From Candidatus Binatia bacterium (GTDB lineage Bacteria > Desulfobacterota > Binatia > HRBIN30), in contig JBBRSP010000021.1 in the NCBI GenBank assembly GCA_038245295.1, forward strand, positions 26,181 to 90,180: a stretch of DNA of 64,000 nucleotides. Direction: 5' to 3'. Positions 49,831-60,421 of the stretch are shown one piece after another; position 1 is the stretch's first letter; every line of letters starts with the position of its first letter. The notes under the pieces were generated by a model, which worked only from the letters and a program-made list of their open reading frames with translations, had not been told where the DNA came from and made no database searches. The translations under genes and the position numbers were made by a program.

Positions 49831-51243
49831 CTACTTTTCCACCTTCCACACCGTACCGCCGGCACCATCCTCAAGGACAATGCCTTTGGCTTTGAGCTCG
49901 TCGCGGATGGCATCGGCGCGTTTGAAGTCTTTGCCTTTGCGGGCGGCGATGCGCTCGGCGATGAGGCGCTCTACCTCGGCGGCATCGATGGCCGCATCTT
50001 CCAGGTGGGCGTGTTTGGCGCGGTCTAGATAGGTGCGTGGATCTTCGAGGGCGATGCCGAGGACGCCGCCGAGGTGGCTGATCGTCTTACGGAGACTGGC
50101 GGCCTGCTCTTCCTTGCCATCGTCGAGCAGGCGATTGATGGCGCGAACGGTATCGAACACAACCCCGACGGCGCGTGCCGTGTTCAAGTCATCATCCATA
50201 GCGGCGCGGAACTCGTCGAGTGTGTCTTGGTCGAGGTTGGCTTTCTTGACGCGGTCACCAAGTGCCGCGTCGGCGCGTGCCAGTGTTTCGTACACACGGG
50301 TGAGGGCGCGGCTCGACTCGTCGAGGCGTTCCGGCGAGAAATCGAGCGGACTCCGATACTGCGTGCCGATGACGAACAGGCGCACGGCTTCTCCGCCGAC
50401 ACGTTCGGCCGCTTGATGCACGGTCATGAAGTTGCCGAGCGACTTCGACATCTTCTCGGCGCCGATGTTGACCATGCCGTTGTGCATCCAGTAGCGCGCG
50501 AACTGCGTGCCTTTGGCGCCTTCCGACTGGGCGATCTCGTTCTCGTGGTGCGGGAAGATCAGATCGGTGCCGCCGCCGTGGATATCGAATGGCTGGCCGA
50601 GGTACTTGGTGGCCATGACCGAACACTCGATGTGCCAACCCGGGCGCCCTTCGCCCCAGGGGCTATCCCACTTCGGCTCCCCCGGTTTGCTGGCCTTCCA
50701 GAGGGCAAAGTCCATTGGATGATGTTTGCGTTCGTCGATGTCGACGCGGGCTCCGGCCATCATGTCGTCGAGCTTGCGCTTGGCGAGTTTGCCGTAGCCG
50801 GGGAACTTGTCGACGGCGAAGTAGACGTCGCCGTGCGCCGGGTAGGCCAAACCTTTGTCGATGAGCTCCTGGATGAGCTCGATCATGCCGGCGATCTCTT
50901 GCGTGGCGCGCGGTTCGATGTCGGGCGTGCGGCAGCCGAGGGCCCGCACGTCTTCGGCAAACGAGCGGATGTTGGTTTCGACCAAGGCCTCGGTGCTGAT
51001 GCCGGCCTGTTGCGCGCGCGCGATGATCTTATCATCGACGTCGGTGAAGTTACGGGCGAACAGGACCTCGTACCCGAGGAAGCAGAGGTAGCGGTACAAC
51101 GTGTCGAAGGTGACCAGGGCACGGGCGTGTCCGATGTGCGAGCGGTCGTAGACGGTGACGCCGCAGACGTACATCGTCACCTTGCCCGGAACGAGCGGTA
51201 CGAATTCTTCCAACTGACCAGAGAGCGTGTTGTGCAGTTTCAT
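49831..51243 (-). CDS. cysS: Cysteine--tRNA ligase
   Basis: MYVCGVTVY, HIGH, DFALWK, PGWHIECS, KMSKS. Confidence 0.98.
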   Translation of the reverse strand: MKLHNTLSGQLEEFVPLVPGKVTMYVCGVTVYDRSHIGHARALVTFDTLYRYLCFLGYEVLFARNFTDVDDKIIARAQQAGISTEALVETNIRSFAEDVRALGCRTPDIEPRATQEIAGMIELIQELIDKGLAYPAHGDVYFAVDKFPGYGKLAKRKLDDMMAGARVDIDERKHHPMDFALWKASKPGEPKWDSPWGEGRPGWHIECSVMATKYLGQPFDIHGGGTDLIFPHHENEIAQSEGAKGTQFARYWMHNGMVNIGAEKMSKSLGNFMTVHQAAERVGGEAVRLFVIGTQYRSPLDFSPERLDESSRALTRVYETLARADAALGDRVKKANLDQDTLDEFRAAMDDDLNTARAVGVVFDTVRAINRLLDDGKEEQAASLRKTISHLGGVLGIALEDPRTYLDRAKHAHLEDAAIDAAEVERLIAERIAARKGKDFKRADAIRDELKAKGIVLEDGAGGTVWKVEK

Positions 51244-51273
51244 AGATACTTCGAAGGGGCCTTTGTGGTCCGC

Positions 51274-53223
51274 CTATTCCTCATCCTCTCTCAACTTTGC
51301 CAAGACGGACAGATCTTCGAGCGTCGTCGTATCGCCGACGGTTTCCTTGCCGGCGGCGATGTCGCGTAGCAGCCGACGCATGATCTTGCCGCTGCGTGTT
51401 TTCGGAAGCGTGTCGGTAAAGCGAAGATCGTCGGGCCGTGCAAAGGCGCCGATCTCCTTGGCGACGTGCTCACGCAGCTGTTGCTTGAGCTCGTCGGTTG
51501 GTTTGTTGCCGTGTTCGAGGCTGACGAACGCCGAAATGGCCTGGCCTTTGATGTCGTCGGGACGACCGACGACGGCGGCCTCGGCGACGGCGGGATGGCT
51601 GACCAGGGCGCTTTCGATCTCCATCGTGCCGAGGCGATGGCCGGCGACGTTGACGACGTCGTCGACGCGCCCCATCACCCAGTAGTATCCGTCCTCGTCG
51701 CGTCGCGCCCCGTCACCTGTGAAGTAGACGCCCGGCACGGTGTTGTTCCAATACGTTTGCACGTAGCGATCCTGGTCGCCCCAGATCGTGCGCAGCATGC
51801 CGGGCCACGGTTTGCGGATGATCAGATAGCCGCCCTGATTGGCTTCGACCGGTTTGCCTTCTTTGTTGACGACCTCGATGGCGATGCCGGGAAACGGCTT
51901 CGTCGCCGAGCCGGGTTTGGTCGGTGTCACACCCGGCAGCGGTGACAGCATGATCCCGCCAGTTTCCGTCTGCCACCACGTGTCGACGATCGGGCAACGT
52001 AGTTTGCCGATTTCCTCGTGGTACCAGATCCAGGCTTCCGGATTGATCGGCTCGCCCACGGAGCCGAGCAGCCGCAAGCTGTCGAGTCGATGTTTGCGCG
52101 GCCAATCGCGGCCCCACTTGATGAAACTGCGGATGGCGGTTGGGGCGGTGTAGAAAATCGAGATGCCGTATTTGTCGATGATCTCCCAGCAGCGGTCGGG
52201 ATTCGGGAAGTTTGGGGCGCCTTCGTACAAAACGGTCGTCGCGCCGTTGGTGAGGAGACCATAGAGAACATAGGTGTGGCCGGTGACCCAGCCGATGTCG
52301 GCGGTGCACCAGTAGGTGTCGGTGTCCTTCAGATCGAAGATCCACTTCGAGGTGATGTGGGCGTGGACCATGTAGCCGCCGGTCGTGTGGACGACGCCCT
52401 TCGGCTTACCGGTCGTGCCGCTGGTGTAGAGGATGAACAGCGGATGCTCGACGTCGAGTGGTTCGGCCGGGCAGTGGTCTTCGGCGTCCTTCATCAGGTC
52501 GTGCCACCACTTGTCGCGCCCGCCCTTCATTGACACCGTGTCGCCAGTGCGGCGCACGACGACGACGCTTTCGATCGACGGCACATCGCGCAGCGCTTCG
52601 TCGGCATTGACCTTGAGCGGCACAACGGCGCCGCGGCGGAAACCACCGTCGGCGGTGACCAACACCTTGGCGTGTGCGTCGTTGAGACGATCGCGCAGCG
52701 CCTCGGCGCTGAAGCCGCCGAAGATCACGCTGTGTGTGGCACCGATGCGGGCGCAGGCGAGCATGGCGATGGCTGCTTCGGGGATCAGCGGCATGTAGAT
52801 GCCGACGCGGTCGCCTTTGACGACGCCGAGCGACTTCAGGACGTTGGCGAACTTGCACACTTCGCGGTGCAGGTCGAAGTAGGTGAGGGTGCGGCTGTCG
52901 CCCGGTTCACCCTCCCAGATGATGGCTGCTTTGTTGCGGCGCGACGTCGTCAGGTGTCGGTCGAGGCAGTTGTAGGAAAGGTTGGTGGTGGCGCCGACGA
53001 ACCACTTGGCGAAAGGCTGCTTCCATTCGAGCACCTTGCTCCAGGGGGTAAACCAATCGAGCTCGCCGGCAATCTCGGCCCAGAAGCGCTCCGGGTCGCT
53101 CTCCGCCAGCGCCTGGCGTTTGGCGTATTCGGTGGGGGAAAGGTTTGCCGCCGCGGCAAACTCGGCCGGTGGTTGGAAGACGCGCTTTTCACGCAGTACG
53201 GATTCGATATCAACTTGAGCCAT
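51274..53223 (-). CDS. acs: Acetyl-CoA synthetase
   Basis: [47 protein letters not shown]. Confidence 0.98.
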   Translation of the reverse strand: MAQVDIESVLREKRVFQPPAEFAAAANLSPTEYAKRQALAESDPERFWAEIAGELDWFTPWSKVLEWKQPFAKWFVGATTNLSYNCLDRHLTTSRRNKAAIIWEGEPGDSRTLTYFDLHREVCKFANVLKSLGVVKGDRVGIYMPLIPEAAIAMLACARIGATHSVIFGGFSAEALRDRLNDAHAKVLVTADGGFRRGAVVPLKVNADEALRDVPSIESVVVVRRTGDTVSMKGGRDKWWHDLMKDAEDHCPAEPLDVEHPLFILYTSGTTGKPKGVVHTTGGYMVHAHITSKWIFDLKDTDTYWCTADIGWVTGHTYVLYGLLTNGATTVLYEGAPNFPNPDRCWEIIDKYGISIFYTAPTAIRSFIKWGRDWPRKHRLDSLRLLGSVGEPINPEAWIWYHEEIGKLRCPIVDTWWQTETGGIMLSPLPGVTPTKPGSATKPFPGIAIEVVNKEGKPVEANQGGYLIIRKPWPGMLRTIWGDQDRYVQTYWNNTVPGVYFTGDGARRDEDGYYWVMGRVDDVVNVAGHRLGTMEIESALVSHPAVAEAAVVGRPDDIKGQAISAFVSLEHGNKPTDELKQQLREHVAKEIGAFARPDDLRFTDTLPKTRSGKIMRRLLRDIAAGKETVGDTTTLEDLSVLAKLREDEE

Positions 53224-53619
53224 CGTTCACCTCATTAGCGGCCGCCGCAGCACGATTCATTGGCGCAACCCGGCGCTCTGAGATGCCCCAGCGAGGACAT
53301 AGGGTCAACCCCGCAGCCGGCTTTGGTACTTTGAAAGTCACTGGGTTGGCGATACGCCCGACGCCCGACCCACAACCCCCGACCACTGGGCCATCCAAGG
53401 GCATGAACGGAGGCGGTTACGCGGTTGGCGGTTGTGCCGTTCAGCGTTGTGGTAGGCGCACGGCTTTAGCCTGCGCTTGTGCTCCGCTCCGGCTCAACTT
53501 TGGCTCCTCAGCGCGGTCACATCGAAGACTTTCAAGGGAGATTTCCGAGCCGGCGATGGAGAACCGACCAGCGGGGGTTGTTCAAGAAGGCCAACGCGGG
53601 CAAGCAGCGGCGCGCCGCA

Positions 53620-54080
53620 TTACCGTGCGTCCGATGGATTGCTCTCGGCCTCCAATGACGGATCACTTGGGTGGACACTCAGGTACTCCCGCACGTCGAG
53701 CTGCATTCGGTCGACTTCCGCAAGGAATCCCGAACTGGCCGCGTGATAGTTCGCGGGGTTGGTCTCGACGCGGCGTAACTCCGCCACTTGTGCTTGAATT
53801 CGCGCAATGCGTTCCGTTCGTGACTCGAAGCTCGTTGTCGTTCGCGATCATACCGCCTCCTTGACGATTTCAACGATACCACGCCTTTCCCCACTCCGCT
53901 TGATCTGCCAGTGCGTCACAGTCTCTGCCTCGCCACCAAGTGCCGCCAGCCGCCGGACCCAGAAGACGCTGGCACCGAAATGTGCCTGCGCGACGAGATG
54001 ATCGAACCAAAGCCGCGCTTCGCCCCAAACTTGCGCGATGTCGATCCCATCTTCCGGGATGAGGAAGATGTCCACGTCGG
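53620..54080 (-). pseudogene. Decayed two-gene module: 5'-truncated nucleotidyltransferase-like (DUF6932-like) fragment and a frameshifted small helical partner
   Basis: DIFLIPED...AQAHFGASVFW.RR...WQIKRSGERRGIVEI; partner MIANDNELRVT continues after a 1-nt shift as ERIARIQAQVAELRRVETNPANY...EVDRMQLDVREYL. Confidence 0.5.
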
Positions 54081-54121
54081 CCGAGGGGTGGCGCGGTTCG
54101 GGACCGTGGCTCTTGCCATGC

Positions 54122-55534
54122 TCACTGCACCTCGCTCTTGCTCGTGATCACGGCGCTGCCAAGAGACCACCCCAGATCAATAGAAGGGGTTGCGGCGACC
54201 GTGCGGAAGCCGCTCAGCGTTGGATTCGAAGACAAGAGAACTGCGCAGTCGGCCACGGTCCCGGGCTCACCGGTGAGCGAATCGACTAGCTCGTTCGAAA
54301 ACTCGCCATTGGTGTTTGATATCTTTGCCGAGGCCCTCGCTGTCGTCTCTATCGCCACGATCGGCAGGCCACCATTGATTGGTGCCGCGACCGCGCAGAA
54401 GTCCGGGTAACATCCAAAGCGCAAATCAAATTCGATGGCCGTGCTGCTGAGGAAGAGCGCCGAACCCGATGCTCCCCGCCCCGAAAGGGTGATCTGAGCT
54501 GGGCTAGGGATGCCGGTGCCACCGCCGGCATCCTGGGTGATCGCAACATCCACGTTCGGTAGCCCTGCGGCGTTGCATGAGAAGATGCCGTTGGCTGAAT
54601 TGCCTGGACCGAATACGTGTGAACACGGCTGGTCAGCAGGACACACCTCCCGTCCGCTGAAGCCCTCGGTGCACGATGTCGCGGGACGTCCGTCGCGCCC
54701 GAATGCCGTTCCGCCGCACGTCTTGAAGTCGACCGCACGCACACAAGCGCAATGTTCACTAATTCTAACTCGCGCTTCTCCGACGCTCGCCGCGACAACT
54801 ACGAAGGGCACAGTACCGTCGAGGCCGGGGCGTCCGACACGAAAGGATTGCAGCCGTTCGATCGGTAGCGGGATCGTAAGGACGTCCGAGTTGACGACGA
54901 AGCCGCTGCCCGTGACCTCGGGGCCCCCCACCCGCCCCGCTACGAGAGTGGCTCTGATATCTATCTCGCTCGTACAGTTCGCCGCGCAGCCATCGCCGCC
55001 GACGGGGCGGCAGTGCACGCAGTGCGAACCGGTACAGTCGGCGTCGCCGTCGCAACTGCGTCCGATGTTGTTCCCGCCGTCGCACATGCCAGGCCCGAAA
55101 CACTGTGCGTCCCGGGTGCAGGTCTCCCCGGCATTTGAGCCGCCGACGCACAGACCGGCATCGTCGCAGTCTTCGCCCGCATCGACGATACCATTGCCAC
55201 ACAAGCTGCGCGGCACCACGTCGGAGCAACCGCCGATGGCATTATCGACGGCTCGAATGATCTCGTCGATGCTGATCTTCCCATCCCGATTGGCGTCGCC
55301 CGCGCCGCATTGGTCGATGGCGGCGCGATCGAGTGCCACCGCCACCAGCGCTACGATTTCATCGACGGTCACCTGCCGTGAGGCGTCGCAGTCGCCAATG
55401 CAGGCCGGTAGCGCTTGTGGTGTAGGCGTTGGAGACGGGAGGCTGGGCGTCGCCGTGGTTGCAAGTGCGACAGACGAAAAGCACAGCGCGGTTAGTGCCG
55501 CGATGAGGAATGCGCTGCGTCGATTGCTCTTCAT
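54122..55534 (-). CDS. Secreted Cys-rich protein with N-terminal dockerin-like tag
   Basis: Signal peptide; CIGDCDASRQVTVDEI...GDANRDGKISIDEI; CGNGIVDAGEDCDD repeat. Confidence 0.75.
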   Translation of the reverse strand: MKSNRRSAFLIAALTALCFSSVALATTATPSLPSPTPTPQALPACIGDCDASRQVTVDEIVALVAVALDRAAIDQCGAGDANRDGKISIDEIIRAVDNAIGGCSDVVPRSLCGNGIVDAGEDCDDAGLCVGGSNAGETCTRDAQCFGPGMCDGGNNIGRSCDGDADCTGSHCVHCRPVGGDGCAANCTSEIDIRATLVAGRVGGPEVTGSGFVVNSDVLTIPLPIERLQSFRVGRPGLDGTVPFVVVAASVGEARVRISEHCACVRAVDFKTCGGTAFGRDGRPATSCTEGFSGREVCPADQPCSHVFGPGNSANGIFSCNAAGLPNVDVAITQDAGGGTGIPSPAQITLSGRGASGSALFLSSTAIEFDLRFGCYPDFCAVAAPINGGLPIVAIETTARASAKISNTNGEFSNELVDSLTGEPGTVADCAVLLSSNPTLSGFRTVAATPSIDLGWSLGSAVITSKSEVQ

Positions 55535-55629
55535 TGTGCCCTCTGATTCGACTCCAGCGGCAGCAGCTCGAACGCTGCAACTTTTGCTTGAATGAGCGTC
55601 AGGTTCGCTAAACTCCGAAATCGCCTCTC

Positions 55630-57021
55630 TCATTGCGTCACGAAGCTGTAAGTCACGACTACATCACCAACCGGGGGCGGAAGGAGTAAAGTGTACGAGC
55701 CCGCGGTTGTGTAGCCCGACAGACTAGGTGGCGATGCAAGAAGAGCAGAACAGCTTGCCGGGCTGCCTTGCGAGGAGTACCGCTCGCCGGTCACGGTATC
55801 GACAATGTCGATGCTGTCTCGTCCGTTGGCATTGGTGAGAATCGCCGTCGTTGTGCCGGTAGTCGAGAACGACGTCGCGGGCATTCCTCGCTCTGAAGGC
55901 GAGTCGGAGGCGCCGCAATAGTCTTGTGTGCAACTGCCGACGCGGGTGCCGATGGCCGTGCTATCGAGCAGCAGCGCCGAGCCCGTCGGCCCATGTCCAT
56001 TGAGGCTGATCTTGACGGGTCCGGCGATGCCAGATTCGCCGCCAGCATCCTGGGTGACTTGAACATCAACCCCGTCGAGCCCCGAGCTGCCGCAGTTGAC
56101 GAGACCCGTGGCCGAGTTCCCTGGGCCGTGGATCGCGGTGCATGGCGGGAGGCCCAATGCCTCGCAATTCATCTGGCCCAAGAAGTTGTCGGTGCACGTT
56201 GCGGTAGCACCACCGTCGGCGTCAAACAGCGTGCCTCCGCACGTCTTGAGCTCGACGGCGCGCACGCAAGCGCAACCGAGGGTACCCACAGGGGTCGTCG
56301 GGAGCAGCACGCTGGCCGCTTTGATGATGTAGGGGATAGCCAGCGTTTTGTCGTCGCTACGTGGATGACCGGCGGTGATCGTTTCTGAGCCCGCAATTGT
56401 CACTCCAATGGTCAAAACGTCGCCATGAATGACCGCCCCCGACGTGCCCTCCCTGATGCCGAGTTGGTGTGTGACACCCCGTACAAGCGTCGTCGGGATT
56501 TCCCCTTCTATCGTGCAGTTGGCGGCGCAGCCATCGCCGCCGAACGGCCGGCAGCGCTGACATGTGGCTCCCGGGCAATCACCATCGGCGGCGCAAGAGG
56601 TGCCGAGCTTGGCGCCGCCGGTGCATACGCCGTTACCCGCGCAGTTCCCCTCGCGCGTGCAATGAGTCCCGGCGTTTGGGCCGCCGATGCAAGTGCCACC
56701 GTCGTCGCACTCCTCGGTGCCGGTCACCTGCTCATCGCCGCACCGTGGCGAACACTGGCACACGACGTCGTTGATCGCATCGCCCACGGCGGCGACGATC
56801 TCCTCGATCGTAACGGCGCCGTCGCCGTTGGTGTCGCCGGCTCGACATGCAGAGATGGGCGCTGTGCCGATGGCGATGTTCACCATGGCGATGATCTGGT
56901 CCACGGTCACACTGCAGGTCGCGTCACAATTCCCAGTGCAGGCCGACGCCGGTGACCCGACTGCGAGCAATGTCGCGCCGATGAGCATCGATGTCGCAAG
57001 CGTTCGTAGTCGTCGCATCAT
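55630..57021 (-). CDS. Paralog of 54122-55534, secreted dockerin-tagged Cys-rich protein
   Basis: Shares GGDGCAANCT, CACVRAV..KTCGGT, GPGNSA.G and TQDAGG..GI with its neighbour. Confidence 0.75.
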   Translation of the reverse strand: MMRRLRTLATSMLIGATLLAVGSPASACTGNCDATCSVTVDQIIAMVNIAIGTAPISACRAGDTNGDGAVTIEEIVAAVGDAINDVVCQCSPRCGDEQVTGTEECDDGGTCIGGPNAGTHCTREGNCAGNGVCTGGAKLGTSCAADGDCPGATCQRCRPFGGDGCAANCTIEGEIPTTLVRGVTHQLGIREGTSGAVIHGDVLTIGVTIAGSETITAGHPRSDDKTLAIPYIIKAASVLLPTTPVGTLGCACVRAVELKTCGGTLFDADGGATATCTDNFLGQMNCEALGLPPCTAIHGPGNSATGLVNCGSSGLDGVDVQVTQDAGGESGIAGPVKISLNGHGPTGSALLLDSTAIGTRVGSCTQDYCGASDSPSERGMPATSFSTTGTTTAILTNANGRDSIDIVDTVTGERYSSQGSPASCSALLASPPSLSGYTTAGSYTLLLPPPVGDVVVTYSFVTQ

Positions 57022-57214
57022 CGCCCCCCGCGCATGCACCCGAAACGTACGATCGACCAGCCCCATGTGCCTTCATCCCACGGTTCGAGGCGGTACGCCA
57101 TCCGCGCGGTGCGCTTGTTCGATGCGCTTGTTGGATGCGCTTGTTGGACATCCACTCAGAAGACCCGGCAATTGAGCCATGAGGTCAGCGCCTTTGGATC
57201 CCCGGACCTCTCAG

Positions 57215-57288
57215 GGGTGCGATTGTTGGACACCCACAAGACTCGGCAATTGGGTGCGATTGTTGGACACCCACAAGACTCGGCAATT
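57215..57288. repeat. Two 37 bp tandem repeats containing GGACACCCA, plus a diverged copy near 57135
   Basis: GGGTGCGATTGTTGGACACCCACAAGACTCGGCAATT x2. Confidence 0.85.
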
Positions 57289-57819
57289 GTGCAATATGAT
57301 CAGCGCCTTGAATCAGCGCACCTCTCTGTGACAGCCGCCCGGCGGAGATGGGTGTCCTTCTTTGCCTTCTTCCTTCTTTGCCTTCTTTGCCGCCCCGGTC
57401 GGCACTGAGCGTCAGCCGTAAGCAGGCACTAGGTTGGCGCCGGACCTTGACTCATGCCCACGCTCCCCACAAACGCCATGCCTCCAATCAGCTCGACGGC
57501 GACGAAGGTGTGACCAGGTCAATCTTCCGTTTGCGGGTCCACTGCATCGCCACTTGGACGACAAACTGCATTGATCAAGAGGATGCGAAACACCTCGAGG
57601 GTTTGCCGCAGATGGATGCGGATGCCCACCGATGGAGGTAGGTGCACAGGCACGCCGTGCTGTGCCCTGCTGCCGATCAGAAGGCCCTTTTGGCTCAGGT
57701 CACGGCACGAATCGCTCGCCGCACGCGGGGCCGAATTCGGGACGTATGGGCGATTCGGGCGATACGTCCGAGAATTGCCCGAATAACCGCTACGCGCGCT
57801 TTTGCTTCACTTCTTCGCG

Positions 57820-58026
57820 ATGAACCGGGAAGAGTTCCTGGCCCACTACTACCGCCGCAGCAATGTCGAGACGACGTTCAGTATGATCAAAGGCGTGATT
57901 GGCGACACAATGCGCAGCAAGCTCCCCGCTGCCCAGATCAACGAGGCGTAGCTGATAGTCGTCGGCCACAACATCCGCTGCCTGATTCACGAGATGCATG
58001 AGCTTGGAATCAATCCGGCGCTGTGA
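57820..58026 (+). pseudogene. DDE transposase C-terminal remnant
   Basis: EEFLAHYYRRSNVETTFSMIKGVIGDTMRSK...NEA*LIVVGHNIRCLI..MHELGI; internal TAG at 57949. Confidence 0.65.
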
Positions 58027-58279
58027 GATAGAGCGCCGCCATGGGGGGACGCGCGCTAATCCTTGCCGCGCTTGCGGTGCTGCTTGTCGGCGTGAACAAG
58101 AACCAGTCGCCCATCTTGGTGTTGGACGAGGCAGCAGAGGGGGCGCCGGGAGTAGAGTTCGTGACACAGTTCTCCGAGGCAGCCACGGCGATTGATCCTG
58201 GGATTGGCGCTTTTGTCCTCGTCAAACTCCAGGATCTCACTCCCGTGACGTGATGAGGGCGGATGCGGCCGCGTCGGGC

Positions 58280-60421
58280 TCAATTGCCACAACCGCCTAA
58301 TGCGTCCGCAACCGCGCCGACAACCTCGTCGATGCTGATCCTGCCGTCGGCATTGTAATCGCCCGCTACACACGCAGATGCGTCGACACTTTCGAGCGCG
58401 ATGCTGATCAGGACGATCAGCTCGTCGATCGTGGCGCTGCCGTCACCGCCACAATCACCGCTGCAATTGTGCCCGTCGGCCGGATGATGTTCAAACACCC
58501 GCACCCCAAGGGTTTGGGTTGCGACAAAGAGGCTGTCCGGTATCGACGAGCTGACGAACAACTGCTCGAGGCCGTAAGGCGTACCGAGGCTTCCGTCCAG
58601 GCGGCGCCAGCTGTCACCGCGGTCGACGCTCCACAGCAGGCTGGCGCCATCGAGGGCATAGATCTCCCGCGGGCGAGAGGCGATCACTGCCAACTGCGAG
58701 AGGTAGGTGTGAATCAGCGTCCAGGTTCGACCGCCGTCGAGCGAGCGGTGGACGCCAAAGGGGCTGCGTAGATAGAGCGCGCCAGGAGCGGCGGCGAGCT
58801 GATACGGTTGGCCCACCCGACTTTCGTTGACCTGTTCCCAGTCCATGCCGGCGTTGGCCGAACGGTACACCATCCCCTCGGTGCTTACGGCAAAAGCCGT
58901 TGCCGGTGTCTCGGGATCGGCAGCTAGCTTGCTGATATACGATTCCCGCGTCGAGGGCAGTCCGGATCTTTGGGGGCGCCAGCTGGCCCCACCGTTGGTG
59001 CTACACAAGACGCCAGATTCTCGCCCCGAAACGCAAAGGGTTGGTGGCGATGTGCGCAGCAGCACGAACCCATTGGCTACCGTCTCTCCACTGTTGGTGC
59101 GGGAGAAGGACTCTCCCGCATCATCCGATCGGTACACACCATTCGGCGTTCCGGCGTAGACCGTCTTCGGGTTGAGCGGATCGACGGCAAGCGCCGTGGG
59201 TGCGAGAAATCCGCCGTAGCCGAGCCCCGCACCGATTGGCTGCCATGAGTCGCTTCCGAGAATGCTTTTGTACAGAGAGGTCTCATCGTCGCACATGGCA
59301 GCATAGAGAACGACGGGATCAGTCGGTGCTGCGGCGATCGCGCACACCGCAGAGGCGCGCAACCCAAGACTGGCTTGTTTCCATGACTGCGCCGCGTCGG
59401 TGCTGGCAAAGACTCCCGAAAGTTCGGTGCCCACGTAGACGCGAGACGTGTCGAGTGGGTCGATGGCGAGAGCTTGGACCCTGTCCGGTGGCATCCCATA
59501 GAGATCCGTTGAGCTCCAGCTTTGGCCCCGGTCGGTGCTCTTGGAAACACCGAAGCCACCACCAACGAAGATCGTCGCCGAGTCGATCGGATCAATGGAA
59601 ATTGTCTTGCCCGCCCGCGGTGCTTGCTTGGGCAAAGCGCCCCAGGACTGGCCAGCATCGGTCGTCCGGAAGATGCCCTCGCCATCGGTCATCATGAGCG
59701 CGATCTCGGGATGATGATGATCGGCCACAACTCCGGCGAGACAACGCGGGATACACGCCCCGCCAGCGCTGCAATAGTAGGAAGAGCCGCAGTCGGTCGG
59801 CAGATTGCTGGTAATGTCGTTCCAGGTCTCCGCCCGGTCGTCGCTGCGGAACACGCGATTGAAGTACAGGGCGTAGAGAATTGAGGACGATTCGCCAACG
59901 CTGATCAGTGCCTCGGCAAATCCTCCCGGCAACCCGTGGCTGCGCAACTCCCATGTCCGTCCGGCATCGAGACTGCGCAGGATCCCGCGCTCGGTCGTCA
60001 CATAGGCGATCGTCGGCGTTAATTTGTCGAAGACGAGCGCGTAGACGTTCTCCGAGGGGAGAGTCGTATCGTTCTCCCAGGTTAGACCGGCGTTGCGACT
60101 GATCAGGTTCTCACCGCCAAAGGTGTGCAGCGTATCTGGCGCGTTGGGATCCAGAGACAACGCCAGCACATAGGGAGAAACCTTGCTGCCGATCGCACTC
60201 CAGTGCTGGGCATGGTCGGAGCTCTTGAAGATGCGACCCGATGCCATGACGACGTACACGGTGGCGGAGTCTTGCGGGTCGATGGAGACTGCTCTGACCG
60301 ACCCACCATCGGGACCAATACTCCGCCAGGCATCTGCATTCGCCGCTACCGTTGCGGCATTGAAGATGAGCAACACCGCGAGCGCCATCGGCAGTCCCAG
60401 GGATGGCTTATTGTGACGCAT
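58280..60421 (-). CDS. Secreted BNR/Asp-box beta-propeller protein with C-terminal dockerin-like tag
   Basis: Many SxDxGxTW repeats; terminal CSGDCGGDGSATIDELI...GDYNADGRISIDEV. Confidence 0.85.
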   Translation of the reverse strand: MRHNKPSLGLPMALAVLLIFNAATVAANADAWRSIGPDGGSVRAVSIDPQDSATVYVVMASGRIFKSSDHAQHWSAIGSKVSPYVLALSLDPNAPDTLHTFGGENLISRNAGLTWENDTTLPSENVYALVFDKLTPTIAYVTTERGILRSLDAGRTWELRSHGLPGGFAEALISVGESSSILYALYFNRVFRSDDRAETWNDITSNLPTDCGSSYYCSAGGACIPRCLAGVVADHHHPEIALMMTDGEGIFRTTDAGQSWGALPKQAPRAGKTISIDPIDSATIFVGGGFGVSKSTDRGQSWSSTDLYGMPPDRVQALAIDPLDTSRVYVGTELSGVFASTDAAQSWKQASLGLRASAVCAIAAAPTDPVVLYAAMCDDETSLYKSILGSDSWQPIGAGLGYGGFLAPTALAVDPLNPKTVYAGTPNGVYRSDDAGESFSRTNSGETVANGFVLLRTSPPTLCVSGRESGVLCSTNGGASWRPQRSGLPSTRESYISKLAADPETPATAFAVSTEGMVYRSANAGMDWEQVNESRVGQPYQLAAAPGALYLRSPFGVHRSLDGGRTWTLIHTYLSQLAVIASRPREIYALDGASLLWSVDRGDSWRRLDGSLGTPYGLEQLFVSSSIPDSLFVATQTLGVRVFEHHPADGHNCSGDCGGDGSATIDELIVLISIALESVDASACVAGDYNADGRISIDEVVGAVADALGGCGN

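Noticed and set aside
53240..53620. Riboswitch or sRNA upstream of acs
   Set aside because: Only a REP-like palindrome and GC-rich stems are visible; no recognisable conserved RNA motif.
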